Source: Paraphysomonas bandaiensis
Lineage: Eukaryota; Protista; Chrysophyceae
Length of the DNA: 64,000 nt
Assembly: GCA_965644295.1 (NCBI GenBank)
Contig: CBFFRP010000069.1
Location: 186,001 to 250,000 of the forward strand
Direction of reading: 5' to 3'
The notes under the pieces were generated by a model. It ran no database searches. It saw only the letters and a program-made list of their open reading frames with translations, and was not told the origin of the DNA. Each line of letters starts with the position of its first letter. Position 1 is the first letter of the stretch. Positions 39,077 to 49,998 of the stretch are shown here, piece by piece. Made by a program: the position numbers and the translations under genes.

Positions 39077-42000
39077 ATGAACCCCCCTCCCCCTTCAATC
39101 AGTATGATAGCTCAATCCTACACTCAACACCGTTCCAATCGTCGTTCCACATGTACTTATGACACCATACATGACCTCATCCACACCTCACACTCTCTCC
39201 TCTCATCAAACTCATCTACACTACATACACTCTTATTAAATACTATAAATATAACATATTTATATATTCATTCAATAGAAAAAAATCAGATTAAAACACT
39301 TTTATTCAATCATTGTAAAACATCATATCAAACGGATGATATCTTCAATATCTGTGTTGATATCTTAGAACAGTTAATCGATCTATCCACACGTATTCAA
39401 ACCACAATTATATCGGAATCATTTAATGAAATCAAATTTTATGAAATTATGAATGATAATTTATCAAATATATTGAATACAATACGTACTATTCTTGAAA
39501 CATTAAGTGGTGGGATGGACATAACACAACAAGATATTGCGCAATTACTTAAAACTTTGGACAATCAATGGGTAGTTTTTACACATGCCACTTGCTTTCA
39601 TCCAGCTATGGAGTCTGTAATCAGGGATAACGCGTCAAGCTCTATATTGCGAGGCATACAGTCTATAGATGTCAATTTAGAATCAAACAATGTTGCCCTC
39701 TCTGGTGTAAGTCAATCTCGTTTACGCCCTGCACTTCCTCCTGTAGCTGGATGTGGTGATGGGCAGGGGTGTACTGTTCTCAGGACTGAATTGTTGAGTC
39801 GAATTCTTAAATTCTTCATAGTGGATGATGCACCACGATCTTCCAATCTTCCTGCTTCTTCATCCACTCCTACATATAACTCTGTCCACTTACAGCCAGC
39901 TGTGTCCTCTCTTTCAGGTAGACGAGCATCCAGTCGGAGATCTCTTCCAAGCATTAGTGTAGGGTCTACTTGTGAAGGATCAAGCGGAGAACCTACAGTC
40001 GTAGTCCTTACAGGGCCAACTGGCGTCGGCAAATCGTGCCTTGCCCTATCCACCGCTTACCGTCTTTCGGACGACGAAAACACGTACGAGTTGGTGAGGT
40101 GGATGAGCATGGATTCCGACAGTATATTGTCAGAGTGGGTTATGCTAGCAACTGCACTAGGTATAAATGCCCTTAAATGTGGAGGGGCTATTGGAAATGA
40201 TCGACTTATCCAGGAGGTGTATGACGTCCTCGCACATTACAACTATCTCCTCATTTTCGATTCTGTGGACAGTGCAGAAGCGATCCGCCCATATATCCCT
40301 CCATCTTCTTGGTCATCTGCTCAAGGTACGAAAAAGCATCATGTTATTATCACTAGCTGTTCTATTGGGGGCTGGATAGAACCAAAAATAGATGTGGAGG
40401 GTTTTACAGAGGGTGATTCAGTGGAATATATCAGACAAAGGCTTGGGGCGAAGGAATGCTCTGATGAGGAGCTGGCTCAAATGCACTCCCTTCATTTAAT
40501 ATCTGGAGGCCTGCCACTCTGTTTGTCTCTATGTATGAGTTGTGTGTGTGGACAGTCCGTTCCAACCTCAGGTATTACTCGCAGCTACGCCCTTGGGATG
40601 ATGCTGTCCACTCTAAAATCCAAGGGACTGAACACTGAAGTTTTAACGGAGAATCCTGAGAGCACTTCTCTGAACACCACCAAGGACTCATTAGCTGGCT
40701 TTGTCTCCCTTATTGTAGAGAGTCTAACATCACATAATTCCACGGCTTTAAACCTGCTTGGGTTTATTAGTTTGGTGGGTTCTAGTCACTTGCCGCATTC
40801 ATTATTGGTTTCTCTCTGCCGAGGAATATGTGAAGATCCTCACAGAGCGCTACGACCCCTTATAGATGGATATATTCTTCGCGAGGAGAATAAGCCATGT
40901 ACTCGCTACTACATACATTCTCATTTACAGGAGTACATGTGCGATATCATAGTAGGAGTCGACCGTACAAGTTTAGAACCCATTTTCTTACCTTGTAAGT
41001 CACGAATGAAGTTGCTAAAAGAGTGGTTAAGTCCCTTAGTGCGAGCGTTGGATGGAGAATTCACTGCTGCTGATCGAGCTGTGGGGCCTCTTTGCAGATT
41101 AAGCCCACATATTGAATCTGTGATGGTGACGCTTGGAAGAATAGAAGAGTCTACTTCCTCAGGAAGCCAAGATATGAGTGCTACCCTTCTGAAAATTACA
41201 CTATATATACGACTTGGAGAGAGTTATATGGCGCAAGGACGACACACCGAGGCACTTCTATGTTTCAAGAAACGCCTCACACTACTTGATTCGATGAAGA
41301 GTAGTTTAACTGCAGATACAAGCAGCTATGATACGGATATCGCCAACACACTTTCTGCCATCGGAGGGGTATATGCAGCGCAGGATAAACTGTCTGATGC
41401 CCTCAACATGTACAAGGAAGCTCTACAAATATTCTGCGTGCTATCAGCCTGTGATCGGGAAGGTGTGGATGTTGCACGAACGCTTAAATCTATAGGAGCA
41501 TTACGGCTCAAGCAAGGAGCCACAGTAGATGCCTTGTCCTCTTATAAGCGTGCCTTAGAAATTGAACGTACTATCTACACCTCTTGCGATAAAAAACAGT
41601 TGATACTATCAAAGACATTATATAGTGTTGGAGATTTGTATAAGAATCAAGGAAACTTTAACGAAGCAATACTTTGTTATCGCGAGTCGTTAGATATTCA
41701 GAAGAAGCTCAATGAAATTGGCCTGCACTCGAAAGATGATATTGCTAAAGCACTGAATAACATGGGGAACATATACTATAGAATGGGATCGCATGAGGAG
41801 GCACTGTGTTTCTACGTCGAGGCCCTCGAGTTATCGAAAGAGTTGTATGAGTCAGGACACGAAGAAGTAGCAAGGATACTATATAATATAGGAAATGTAC
41901 AGTTTTATTTGAAGAATTTAGATGATTCGTTGATTGCCTTTCAAGAAGCTCTTCAAGTGTCACGTACGATAGGTTCCAGTGATTGTGTTGATACCGGAAA

Positions 42001-42562
42001 AATATTAAACAATATAGGGAATGTGCACATGACCCAAGAGAATTTTGATGCTGCAGTTGCAGCGTATTTACAGTCTTGGAATATTAAACGTCAAAATTAT
42101 AGAGAGTATCATCCTGATCTTGCCAAAACTCTAGGAAATCTCGCCAGTGCATACACTAATCTGGGAAACTACTCAGAAGCGCTGAAGGTATTGAACGAAT
42201 GTCTCGCGTTGAAGCGAGCTGTGTTTGATGAAACGCACATGGAAATTGTGTCGACTAAAGATTTCATTGAAGTTGTTGCTGGGCTCGAAGAATATCGGAA
42301 TTCCACTTTGAAGCGCTTTAGAAAGTATGTTGTAGATCGAGCTAGTCGGCGGAAATCTGGAATTGGATTTTCTAAACAGGAGAAGTTGGATGCTGCTAAG
42401 TTTGTGATTAAATATGTTGAAAATCCGGCCTTTAGAAGACTCGATGACATATGCAGTACGCCGGAGTATGAGCAATATTCTGCCTGCTTGAATCATGGAT
42501 CGTTGGGAGATATTTTTAGAAGTTGTTTTTCGAAAGGAAGCCAAGTAAATGTTGATAAGTAA
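39077..42562 (+). CDS. NB-ARC (STAND) NTPase + TPR repeat protein (NLR-like), intronless, ~1161 aa
   Basis: Walker A GPTGVGKS, Walker B YLLIFDSV, VIITS, GGLPL, IH.HLQ, about eight TPRs (e.g. AKALNNMGNIY, AKTLGNLASAY); start placed after the microsatellite. Confidence 0.9.
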   Translation: MNPPPPSISMIAQSYTQHRSNRRSTCTYDTIHDLIHTSHSLLSSNSSTLHTLLLNTINITYLYIHSIEKNQIKTLLFNHCKTSYQTDDIFNICVDILEQLIDLSTRIQTTIISESFNEIKFYEIMNDNLSNILNTIRTILETLSGGMDITQQDIAQLLKTLDNQWVVFTHATCFHPAMESVIRDNASSSILRGIQSIDVNLESNNVALSGVSQSRLRPALPPVAGCGDGQGCTVLRTELLSRILKFFIVDDAPRSSNLPASSSTPTYNSVHLQPAVSSLSGRRASSRRSLPSISVGSTCEGSSGEPTVVVLTGPTGVGKSCLALSTAYRLSDDENTYELVRWMSMDSDSILSEWVMLATALGINALKCGGAIGNDRLIQEVYDVLAHYNYLLIFDSVDSAEAIRPYIPPSSWSSAQGTKKHHVIITSCSIGGWIEPKIDVEGFTEGDSVEYIRQRLGAKECSDEELAQMHSLHLISGGLPLCLSLCMSCVCGQSVPTSGITRSYALGMMLSTLKSKGLNTEVLTENPESTSLNTTKDSLAGFVSLIVESLTSHNSTALNLLGFISLVGSSHLPHSLLVSLCRGICEDPHRALRPLIDGYILREENKPCTRYYIHSHLQEYMCDIIVGVDRTSLEPIFLPCKSRMKLLKEWLSPLVRALDGEFTAADRAVGPLCRLSPHIESVMVTLGRIEESTSSGSQDMSATLLKITLYIRLGESYMAQGRHTEALLCFKKRLTLLDSMKSSLTADTSSYDTDIANTLSAIGGVYAAQDKLSDALNMYKEALQIFCVLSACDREGVDVARTLKSIGALRLKQGATVDALSSYKRALEIERTIYTSCDKKQLILSKTLYSVGDLYKNQGNFNEAILCYRESLDIQKKLNEIGLHSKDDIAKALNNMGNIYYRMGSHEEALCFYVEALELSKELYESGHEEVARILYNIGNVQFYLKNLDDSLIAFQEALQVSRTIGSSDCVDTGKILNNIGNVHMTQENFDAAVAAYLQSWNIKRQNYREYHPDLAKTLGNLASAYTNLGNYSEALKVLNECLALKRAVFDETHMEIVSTKDFIEVVAGLEEYRNSTLKRFRKYVVDRASRRKSGIGFSKQEKLDAAKFVIKYVENPAFRRLDDICSTPEYEQYSACLNHGSLGDIFRSCFSKGSQVNVDK

Positions 42563-43446
42563 TTCTTTACGTTCAGCCATATATATTAGCGTATATACAT
42601 ATCGCTTAGATAAATCTAAAGTGTAGATCTTTTTGGCAGTGGAGTTTGGTAAATAACATGACATTAAGCCAAAAACATGCTTGATCTAAATAATGTTACG
42701 ATGGAAGAATTTTCGGTGGTTGCTGATGTTGTTTATACAAGATATTCATGGATATCGTATATATCCGAAGCTGACTTTTGAATGGTGTAAATTAAGTTAC
42801 TGAGCTTTAAACTTTTCTTAATAATCAATTAATTAGAATTTGTGATCAGCATCTCGCATATACTAAACTTATATCGCTCTTCTCTATTATCAAGTATCAG
42901 ATCTTAGATAGTCACGATCTTATAAAGTAGATATATGTCAGTTTCACTAACATGATTCATAATTTATATTAGCTCATGTAATTCTGTTTACAACTTTGTA
43001 TTCAAGTAGAGTATTCAACTCGTATCAGATACTACCATCCCCTCCATACCCTGTACTTTCAACTACACGCTTGATGAGTATTCAATTTACGATATCGCCA
43101 GGATATCAGTGACATCATTAATAAGCCAAAAACAATAGTATCAAGTGGTCTATATTTTTCCAATTACTAAAACGATCATACTTCGCGACACAAATTTTGC
43201 AAGGACTCATACCACTCACGAAGAAACTTTTGTTTCCGCTCATCTCCTGAATTGGCATTTACCCTCTGTGTGGACAACAATGAGAAGACATGACATTTTA
43301 CATGAAGTCCACGAAAACATTAAGCACACACCTGTATGTATACTTCGAGGCATGCATGAGAAATATCAATACACCGCTGCTCCGACTCCGCCTAAAAACA
43401 CGCCGCATATACGAGTTTAGCATGTACATAAAATACTCGCAGAGTA

Positions 43447-46400
43447 TCAATTGACCTTAGCCATATCAGGGCCTCCATAGATATGCCTGATGGAGACCTT
43501 ATCTGAACTGGGGGAAGACCTGGGCCCAATGGGTGTAGAAATCATGGTCACATAAGCTGATACAGGTGACGGTGCAGAGGAAGAAAATTGCTCTGGTATA
43601 GATGGAAGCTAATTTGACCTACTATGAGTTCATGTATAAAAAGGACTACTTGTAGCTACCTGTTTTGGCCCACATGACATAAAGTATCCTAGTATAGTTG
43701 ATGGTCGCAGTGACCGTGCATAAGGGAGACTGCATATAGTTGTACTAGGAGCCGGGACAAGGCAACTGCTATCTTCCCCAAATACCGCTGCATTATCTGC
43801 TATTTCCCCGTTCGACGAAAATGATTTTACGGACACCACTGGATCGAAAATCAATCGCCGGAAAGATCTAAAGCAAGTTTCAAAGATGTTCAGTACAAAA
43901 TGTACGACACTACCTGACTTCCTGAAGAGAAGGGCCTGTATTCGGCTTTGTAGTGAACACCGTTGATATTATACCAGTCACCATCATATCAAGTGCTGAT
44001 ATCTCAGAAGCCGTCAATAAACGAGACTGCTCGTTGACAGGTCGTCGAAGACAAGCCACACTAGTATACACCGATAATACTCTTGAGCAGAGCTCCTCCA
44101 CGGCAGCAAGAACTGGGTTTTCATATAACTACCTCTCTACATAGAAGAAAAGTCAACCTACCTGGTGGTGTTCGCGGAAGTTGCAGCAGGTGGACATCCA
44201 TGGCGAGAGGCAACTGCGCAACCACTGTATCTACGGCTCTGCAAATTCACTGCTAAAATACAAGCATCGATGGATAGTACGTGACAGTATACCTTGAACA
44301 ACCTGTGGCTGGCGAAGAAGACATTCCGTTACGAGTTGACTGAGTGCTACTGGTCGGAGCGGCAACGCCTTCTCTTAAGAGACCAACTAAAATATCTCTG
44401 TGGATATATACAGTTGAAATAATGCCAAACGGCCTTAGTTTGTATCTACCTGAAGTGATCTGCCAACCCCGCCACCAGCGGCCACAGTATCTATACCATA
44501 TATACTTGTCAATAACCTATGGGGGTGATATATGTAACAATCACCTGCTCCGCCAATTCATCGGCCATCTGAATACTCTTTGATATAAAAGAATCTAACT
44601 CTGCCATTATACAAATATTATTATTTGACTACTGGTCAAACATATGTTCACACCTTGGTCGTGGCCAGCAGCTGATGAGTGTAGGTTCTGGCGCCCGGAG
44701 TCGGCATATAAAGGCGCCGCAGTGGCCCCCGGTAGATCACGAGTTGACTTCTCGATCTAACGACGAAACAAGTCGTAAGGCTTCGTAATGTACACTCCTG
44801 ACACTCTCACCTGACCACTCATTTTGTGAATAGCATCCCGCAATTGTGATACCAAAACAATCAGCTCAGAGTTGTGCTCCTAATGCACCCACATTACACA
44901 AACCAAATGGACATAGGAAAGCTGATTGTATCATCTCATCACACCTGCTGACCAGTCTTCATATATTGCCCGTTCTGAAATACTACTCGCAACGAATCCG
45001 GGCCTATTACCAAAACATAATCAACAGCCAAAGATAGATATAAAAAATACAAACCGACGCTCAACATGTTTTCAAGTTTCGTTGTAAAGAGCTGCACGGC
45101 CTTGATCGCCTCCCTGCCGAATAATAGATTTATTTGACCAGAAAACGATGTTCTAGTACATCTTACTCTACCTTGTGAGCATACGCACCAGGCTTCGATC
45201 CCTACAAACACATTATACAGTCAATTCATTCACAGTACCTCATTACTTGATATTCTCACCCCTCAAGTATGGCCACTACTACTTCATCCTGAATGGCCTT
45301 GACGAGGGTCATTAAGTCTCGTTTCGACGGTACGGCAGCGATATATCCCTCTATCTCCGGAAACATCTGCCCCATCGGTAAGAAATATAACATTTAATAT
45401 TTGGTAAAAGACTATGCCTGGAGCACTGGTGCATTCATTCTATTCAATGCAGAGGCAAGATACCGGTCTCTCATTGGCGCGAGAGCTCCAAGCAAGCCCG
45501 TCTCCTGTTCTCTCAACCCAGCAGGGGTACGGGATCCATCTATTTCTCCTTCAGTGGATACTTTTCCCGTAGTCCCAGTATCTGCCACACGCACTAAGTG
45601 GTGACCATTCCGTCTTCGTCCAAGAGTGCTGACACAAAATGGTGAGGAGATCGAAACCATACTCCCGAATAGTCCCGCATTATAACTTTTATTTCCACCA
45701 TAGGAATTGCTTTTAGTGCAGTCTGACTCCCTATCATCATCCATATCAGAATCTTCATCATCAGAAAGTGTATCACAAAGCATTCCTATGGATGCCAGTC
45801 CGCCGCCACGCCCAGGGTTATCTCTCACGGCCAGCGTCTGAAGATCTGTTATACATTCGAAAACTCGAAAATGACTACAGTCACCTTTATAGCAGTTAGG
45901 ACATCTAAGGCGCATCGTCGTAGACTGGGATAGGCACGCGGTGCGGCTGCAGGAAACGTCCGTACTTTGGACGCTACTACATCCTAAATTCAATGTTACT
46001 GCTGCTAAACACGGAGTATATATAGTCTATACATACCTGCAACGCCACAGATAAACGAGACCAAAATACATCCACCAGTCGACCAGAAGCTAACAAAGAC
46101 GGTGCAGTATCTGCGGAAAGGTCTCCCCCCGATCGCCTCAGTACATCAGAAAAGCGCTCGTGAGACACTGGATCCTCTTTTTTGGCGACCACCCTAATAA
46201 AGCAGAGCCGTATATCGTCACTCGTTAATAGAGAAAAAAAGTCGCAAACTCACCTCTGAAGGACGTGAATCTTGACCGCTTGCTCTTGCAAAGCAGAAGC
46301 CCAGTGATGACTCATTTCGCGCATAGCAACACGGAGCTGCGATGGGTTACTGAGGAGTTGCTTGGACGATACATGCATAGCCTTGCGCTAACACAACGTT

Positions 46401-47793
46401 ATATATCACATCATTATCAAATTGCCAAGAAATCACCTCTGATGAGGGTTTCTTCGATCGGTTTCCTACGGCTGCTGCACCGCTGCTATCGATGAGTTGC
46501 GTCATATCAAGGGCAGCAGAAGATATCTCCACTGTAGCCTTAACAGTCACATCTATTGCAAGGAGAACAATCTCAGGAAGACTCTGAAGATTGAAAAACA
46601 CTTGAAGACACTCTGCCACCGCGGCTTGATTCTGATCCTGAAGGGAGGACAACAAGCGACTCTGGGCCGCGTTACGTACTCGCTCTCCAAATACCTTAAT
46701 TTTTTCAACTTCAGATGCCACCAATTTCAGGGATGCCAATTGAGGCACACGTAACAGAGATTCTAGATCATTAACAGTTTTGGCGACTGAAGCCAGTTGT
46801 CTGAGATCTGATCCATAAATTCATGAAAAAGCAATACAAGACAACATATTGCAATGTTACCTTGTTTGTTGTCTAATGAGACGTGATAGTCTAATTGTGC
46901 TTTAGAATGCATAAACTGTCGTAATTGTCTCAATAATACACTCGTTTCATGAATCCTTTCGAGCTCCAGAGTTCTGCTCTTAACTAACTCGTAGGAGTCT
47001 AATGTCTATACAACAAAAACAACATAAATATGCAATCACGTATATATAACATAACATACACTATATAATCAAATAACTTGACAATACACCATCCAATCAC
47101 ATATATATAACATAACTACACAATCATATATATATATAACATAACTACACAGTCGTATACGTATATATAACACAACTACACACTATAGAGTCGTATATAA
47201 TCATATATAACATAACATAACTACACAATCATGTATATATATAACAACATAACTATACAGTCATATAAAGCATGACTATACAGTCGTATACGTATATATA
47301 ACACAACTATACAGCATAGAGCTATATATAATCATATATAACATAACATAACTACACAATCATGTATATATAGACACACTGTACCTCCCGCTGCATCTTA
47401 TCTACACTACCACGAAGTTTCATTGCAATTGATTCTAATCCTTGATATCTTTTTGCTAAAAATGCAACATCTTGCATACCAGACATTAAATCATGTTTAT
47501 GTTGGGAGATATATCCCTTAATCTCCTCATCTATCTGTACATATATATATATGAGGGTTAGATATGTATATATATGTATATATATGCATAGTTATGTATA
47601 GTAATATGAAGTTATATGAAGTTATATGAAGTACCTCTTCAATACATGTAGAAATTTCTAAGAAACTTTCTTCACTTCGATTTTCTTTTATAATATTTGT
47701 AACATAATTTTGTGCATTAAAATGTGAACTTAAAAATGGACGTAAACGTGGATCTTCTATACTAGCTCGACGAGATGAAGTTATAGTAGACAT
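43447..47793 (-). CDS. COG5: Conserved oligomeric Golgi complex subunit 5, multi-exon
   Basis: N-terminus 'PFLSSHFNAQNY', 'LERIHETSVLLRQLRQF', 'NQAAVAECLQVFFNL', 'YPRLR' COG5-type segments; stop position approximate. Confidence 0.85.
47030..47375. repeat. Intronic AT-rich minisatellite (cataactacac../tatatataa units, ~140-bp higher-order duplication) in COG5
   Basis: Visible repeated blocks. Confidence 0.8.
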
Positions 47794-47961
47794 TGAATAT
47801 ATGAAGAAGTATATGAAGAAGTTTATAGTATGTGAATTTGATGGATATGTTAGATGAAGTTATGTGTGTTGTTATCCTATAGAGTGTATATATACACAAG
47901 TCTACACACACATATCTATCTATACTACATCCACCTACATACTGCTGTACATGTCTACACT

Positions 47962-48222
47962 ATACATACATACATGCATACATACATACATACATACATA
48001 CATACATACATACATACATACATACATACATACATGCATACATACATACATACATACATACATACATACATACATACATACATACATACATACATACATA
48101 CATACATACATACATACATACATACATACATACATACATACATACATACATACATACATACATACATACATACATACATACATACATACATACATACATA
48201 CATACATACATACATACATACA

Positions 48223-48251
<29 letters not shown>
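47962..48251. repeat. (CATA)n microsatellite, ~290 bp
   Basis: Direct. Confidence 0.99.
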
Positions 48252-48256
<5 letters not shown>

Positions 48257-48435
48257 CACTACACATATACTGCTGCAGAAATCAATAATACAATGCAATA
48301 TACAGTGCAATACATGATACTCTGCAGCAGATACGTATGCAATATGCTGTGGATATACACCATATAGATGTCCACTCTTGCTTGAACACAACCATTGCAA
48401 CCATAAATGGAAATCATCATACTGTCTTTCATTTC

Positions 48436-49275
48436 ATGCAACATCATACTCTTTTCCCATTAAAACAAGTCTTAATTATACTATTTTCAATGCAATTGCC
48501 TGTATATACTACTGCATTTATGCGACCATTCATAAGACCATCATTCACTTATACTAGAGCACATAGGAGATATGCACGTTACACTTCTACACTAACGACA
48601 CCTCGTATTTATTTTGTACTTGGTATGAAATTTTTGTAGCTGTAAGTGTTGTAATGTACAAGCAGGTGGGCCCGGATCAGGTAAAGGCACTCAGTCAGAG
48701 ATGATTCGAGATGAATACCACATGAGGCATTTATCTGCTGGTGAAATCCTTCGAAATGAAATGAAAACACAGTCACCTTACAGTAAAATTATTCGAAATG
48801 TTTTGGATAAAGGTGGTATAGTTCCTGCTGAGATAACAACAGCCCTACTGAAACAAGAAATATTGCGAGTGGGTTGCCCTCAACTTGTAATCGACGGCTT
48901 TCCCCGAAATATGGATAATTTGAGATGTTGGAAAAATGAAATGACTGGTGTGTGTGATATTGGGAAGGTTGTATTTATAGAATGTTCGGAGGAGGAAATG
49001 GAACGCCGCCTGCGTTGTCGAGGCAGAGAGGACGATACAGATGCTGTGATTAGGAATAGACTCGAGGGCTTCCGTCAGGAAACCCTTCCCGTAGTTGCAC
49101 ACCTGGATAACACTGGTGTGGTAAGTTACTCACTTGTTTGTGTAATATTTCTGATTAACTTTTGCAATGAATGGTCTTCTGTCTTTAGGTGGTTCGTGTT
49201 GACGGCAATAGGAGTAAAGATGAAGTATTTGCCTCTATAAAAAGTGCATTAGAGCCATGTATTGTATCTAACTAA
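48436..49275 (+). CDS. UMP-CMP kinase / adenylate kinase family with bipartite presequence; exons approx 48436-48622, 48666-49120, 49189-49275
   Basis: FVL/GGPGSGKGTQ P-loop, HLSAGEILR, IDGFPRN, GREDD. Confidence 0.92.
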
Positions 49276-49998
49276 TCACTGCAGTTGTGAATATTTATTT
49301 CACTGGTGTAGAACCGTATTAAGTGCATTATACTACTATGAGTTCTTTATACTTAGACGACAGTCATCTACTTAAGGGATGCAAACCACGTCTAGGGAAT
49401 AGAATTTTGTTTGCCCGAAAGTCTACCGCAGTATGCCCAACTATATATATAATAAAATATTGACGACGCGTAGTAAACGACTTTGGATTAATGATTACTA
49501 CTTGATCTTATTTAACAACTATTAAACAGTAAGTTTGTAACGCTGCAAACGAAAGACCAATAGGTCGTCATTATTTATATCCTCAACAATCCAAATGCAA
49601 TTCATCTTTATCATCACCACCGACATGGATTGAGAGTGACATGATATATATATGAATGACGTGTTTCAGGACACATAAAAATGTATAATGACATACACAG
49701 CGCTATATGAATTACGGAAAATGTTGAGATCTGAAGATTCTATATACTTGCAATTGAGTGCAGTATTATGTGAGATGCAAGGATCGAAAGATATATATGT
49801 AATTAGTACATTATATTATGTAGTATGAAACTGAAGTAGAAGTGGATGACTATACAGGATACGATCACTGAGTGTGTGGTTTGTACACTATAGTAGTAAA
49901 TGAATGGTGTTGAACACATCGAACACAACTTAGGTTCTTTATCATGTAATGTTTATAATTTCATCTTATCAGTTGAGAATAGTAAACCTTAGCAAATA

